A stretch of 64,000 bases of DNA from an uncultured Bacteroidota bacterium (GTDB lineage: Bacteria; Bacteroidota; Bacteroidia; UKL13-3), in NCBI GenBank assembly GCA_903850915.1, contig CAINMV010000023.1:51769-115768 (forward strand), written 5' to 3'. Under the pieces are notes generated by a model, which was not told the origin of the DNA, made no database searches, and saw only the letters and a program-made list of their open reading frames with translations. Below are positions 61,607 to 64,000 of this stretch, in pieces. The position numbers were made by a program, and so were the translations under genes. The first letter of the stretch is position 1, and each line of letters starts with the position of its first letter.

Positions 61607-61778
61607 GAATGATATTGTTAAAAATATGAAAAAAAGGGGACTTTGATTTAATGTAAAAAGACATAATTTGCAATCAAAACAAGTGCTTCATATAAAATAA
61701 CTTAGTATACTTGCAGTAAGTAAAAACTAAAAAATTAGCACTACTTTAATTCATTAATAACAAAACAACAGCAATAAA

Positions 61779-63035
61779 ATGGGACTTTTCAAAATAAGAC
61801 CGCTTCTGTTTTGGATACTTCTTCTCTGTATTCATTTAAACACAATAGCATCGATTACTACAATAAGTCCGAAAAACATAATCGGTGGGGTAGGTCAGCT
61901 TTTAACCATTACTGGTAATGGCTTCGGAAGCACGCAAGGCAATAGCTATGTCTCATTTATTCAAGAGTCGGGCAGCTACTTAGATGCCACGGTGAGCAAG
62001 ACTTTGAAATATAATAGCTGGATCGACTCCAAAATTGAGTTGGAGATGCCTGTAGCCTTTTCAGGCAGAATCAAAGTTAATATTGGTGGGGTAGATAGCT
62101 ATTCGATAGACACATTGAAAGTGAAGGCTAACTTGGGGTATAGGAACGTGAATCCATTGGATTATAACTTTTTAAACAATACCAATAACAAAGGAGGTTA
62201 TACGTGGTATATGCATCGCTCTTACTGGAATATACCCGCAGCGAAGCTAGCCATCGAAGATGTTTTCAAAGAGTTTAGATGTAAAACGGGTATCAACTAT
62301 ATTTTGGCGAATGCCCCATCGGACTCTAATTTAAAACTTGGCGACAACATCAATTTAATTGCACCCGATTCCGTATTAGGCGTGGTGGGATTTACCGATA
62401 TGGCTTGGGGTTCGTGTATTCTAGGAGGAACCACTTTCTATCGTTGGTCCACCATGGATGTGCGCATGTCGACCAAGCAAAATTGGTATTTTGGCACTGG
62501 CACCACCCCTGCTGGCAAGTCGAAATTCAGATATGTGCTGATGCATGAACTCGGGCACTCGCTTGGACTAGGGCATGTGAATGAAGTTGGACAAACGATG
62601 TATCCATCGGTAACATTCCTTCCGTCGGACACCTGGAATTCGAGAGATACGATAACGAATGAAGAAAGAACGGCGATCTCGTATTTCGTGAACCTCTCTA
62701 AAAATTTCACCTTTCGTGGATGTGGTTTCACACCGCTAAGTTCAATTTTTGATTGTAATGACGTCTTTGGTGTTTCGTCGGGCATTAACGCAAACAAAAA
62801 CAAGAATACAATGGTGCTATTCCCCAACCCTAGCAATGGCTTGCTGTATGTTACTGTTTCAAATGAAACTACTATTGAAATTATTAATGCCTTTGGGAAA
62901 CAGATAGATTTTTCGAGCACTTTCAACGACAGTAAACTAGAATTAAATCTCCTAGACAACCCTTCTGGAATTTACTACCTGAAATGCAAAAATGGCAGAA
63001 ACATGGAGTCATTTAAGTTTGTGCTAAAGCATTAG
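61779..63035 (+). CDS. IPT/TIG + matrixin-like (M10) zinc metallopeptidase with T9SS CTD
   Basis: LTITGNGFG; HELGHSLGLGH; Met-turn TMYP; CTD LFPNP. Confidence 0.88.
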   Translation: MGLFKIRPLLFWILLLCIHLNTIASITTISPKNIIGGVGQLLTITGNGFGSTQGNSYVSFIQESGSYLDATVSKTLKYNSWIDSKIELEMPVAFSGRIKVNIGGVDSYSIDTLKVKANLGYRNVNPLDYNFLNNTNNKGGYTWYMHRSYWNIPAAKLAIEDVFKEFRCKTGINYILANAPSDSNLKLGDNINLIAPDSVLGVVGFTDMAWGSCILGGTTFYRWSTMDVRMSTKQNWYFGTGTTPAGKSKFRYVLMHELGHSLGLGHVNEVGQTMYPSVTFLPSDTWNSRDTITNEERTAISYFVNLSKNFTFRGCGFTPLSSIFDCNDVFGVSSGINANKNKNTMVLFPNPSNGLLYVTVSNETTIEIINAFGKQIDFSSTFNDSKLELNLLDNPSGIYYLKCKNGRNMESFKFVLKH

Positions 63036-63170
63036 CAATCGAAACGTTAATACAGCAGAAAATTAAATACTTTACTTTTGCATTGCGTTGCAAGCGCACT
63101 TAACTAACGAAATTAAAATTTATTTCCATTTCTGCCTTAATTAACTTTCAAAGAATTACACAAAACAAGT

Positions 63171-64000
63171 ATGTTTAAAAAAGCCATTGAAAAAGTAGCG
63201 CAGTATACGCGCCCTATCCATTCTATAAGTAGGACCTATGCGGGGAAACATATTCTGCCTGGAGCGGGAACCTTGTTTTTTGTGAACGAAGAAGGATATG
63301 CGATCACCTGCAAACATGTGGTAGAATATTTGATGAACGCAGAAAAGACGACCAATACATTTAATAATTTTAAAACAGAACGTTCGCTGTTACCCAAAGA
63401 CAATAAATACAAACAACAGCTACGTGGGTTAGAGTTAAAATACCATTACAGCCCTGACACACAGATTCAAGTTAAAAATACCTTTGTAGATTGTGTTGAT
63501 AGAATGTCTGGCTTTACCAGCTATCTTCATCCAAACTATGACCTTGCGATAATTAAATTCAATGATTTTAAGCAATTGATGTGCAAAGAATTTGCTGTTT
63601 TCAAAAAAGATATTGGAGATGTGCAGCCGGGTGAATTCCTTTGTAGGCTTGGGTTTCCGTTTCCAGAATTTAACAACTTCACGTATAATGAAGCAAACGA
63701 TGATATTGAATGGACGCAGACAGGCATTTCTGGTTCACCGCGTTTTCCTATCGAAGGTATGGTCACTCGTTTTTTGGCAGAGGACAACAAACTTTATGGT
63801 ATTGAGTTGAGTACACCTGGTTTAAAAGGACAAAGTGGCGGCCCATTATTTAACAAAGATGGGATAATTTGCGGTATGCAATTTTCAACCAAACATTTGC
63901 ATTTAGGATTTGATGTAGTTGATGCAGAAATAATTTCCAACGATAAAATTAAAAAAGTCACCGATTATTCCTTCATTCATTTAGGACAATGCATACATGT
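63171..64000 (+). CDS. Trypsin-like serine protease (3' end runs off the window)
   Basis: Not in the ORF track. Hand translation MFKKAIEKVAQYTRP...; triad TCKH, YDLAI, GQSGGP; no signal peptide. Confidence 0.85.
   Translation, partial: MFKKAIEKVAQYTRPIHSISRTYAGKHILPGAGTLFFVNEEGYAITCKHVVEYLMNAEKTTNTFNNFKTERSLLPKDNKYKQQLRGLELKYHYSPDTQIQVKNTFVDCVDRMSGFTSYLHPNYDLAIIKFNDFKQLMCKEFAVFKKDIGDVQPGEFLCRLGFPFPEFNNFTYNEANDDIEWTQTGISGSPRFPIEGMVTRFLAEDNKLYGIELSTPGLKGQSGGPLFNKDGIICGMQFSTKHLHLGFDVVDAEIISNDKIKKVTDYSFIHLGQCIH

Overview
A 64 kb AT-rich chromosomal segment of a Bacteroidota bacterium (TAnnTTTG promoters, SprA, many T9SS cargo proteins). Housekeeping genes: type III glutamine synthetase, pyrB, sprA, nth, rsgA, namZ, lolE-like permease, lpxK, Nif3/zinc-ribbon pair, trkH, PTPS-folE-ubiA-like-maf, rpoB and maeB. 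There is a run of co-oriented accessory genes (31.5-43.2 kb) and a three-gene HmuY/TonB uptake locus. I saw no rRNA, tRNA, CRISPR array or transposase. Best leads: (1) a monocistronic rpoB, with neither rplL nor rpoC adjacent, carrying a ~265-nt leader with several predicted helices; (2) a candidate ~75-nt sRNA behind glnA whose unpaired core is antisense to a generic A-rich ATGAAAAAA start region; (3) an M1 aminopeptidase fused to a barrel with Omp85-type motifs; (4) a TonB receptor flanked by two paralogous tandem-HmuY proteins, one T9SS-secreted and one lipid-anchored. All family calls are motif recognition by eye; no searches or folding programs were run.
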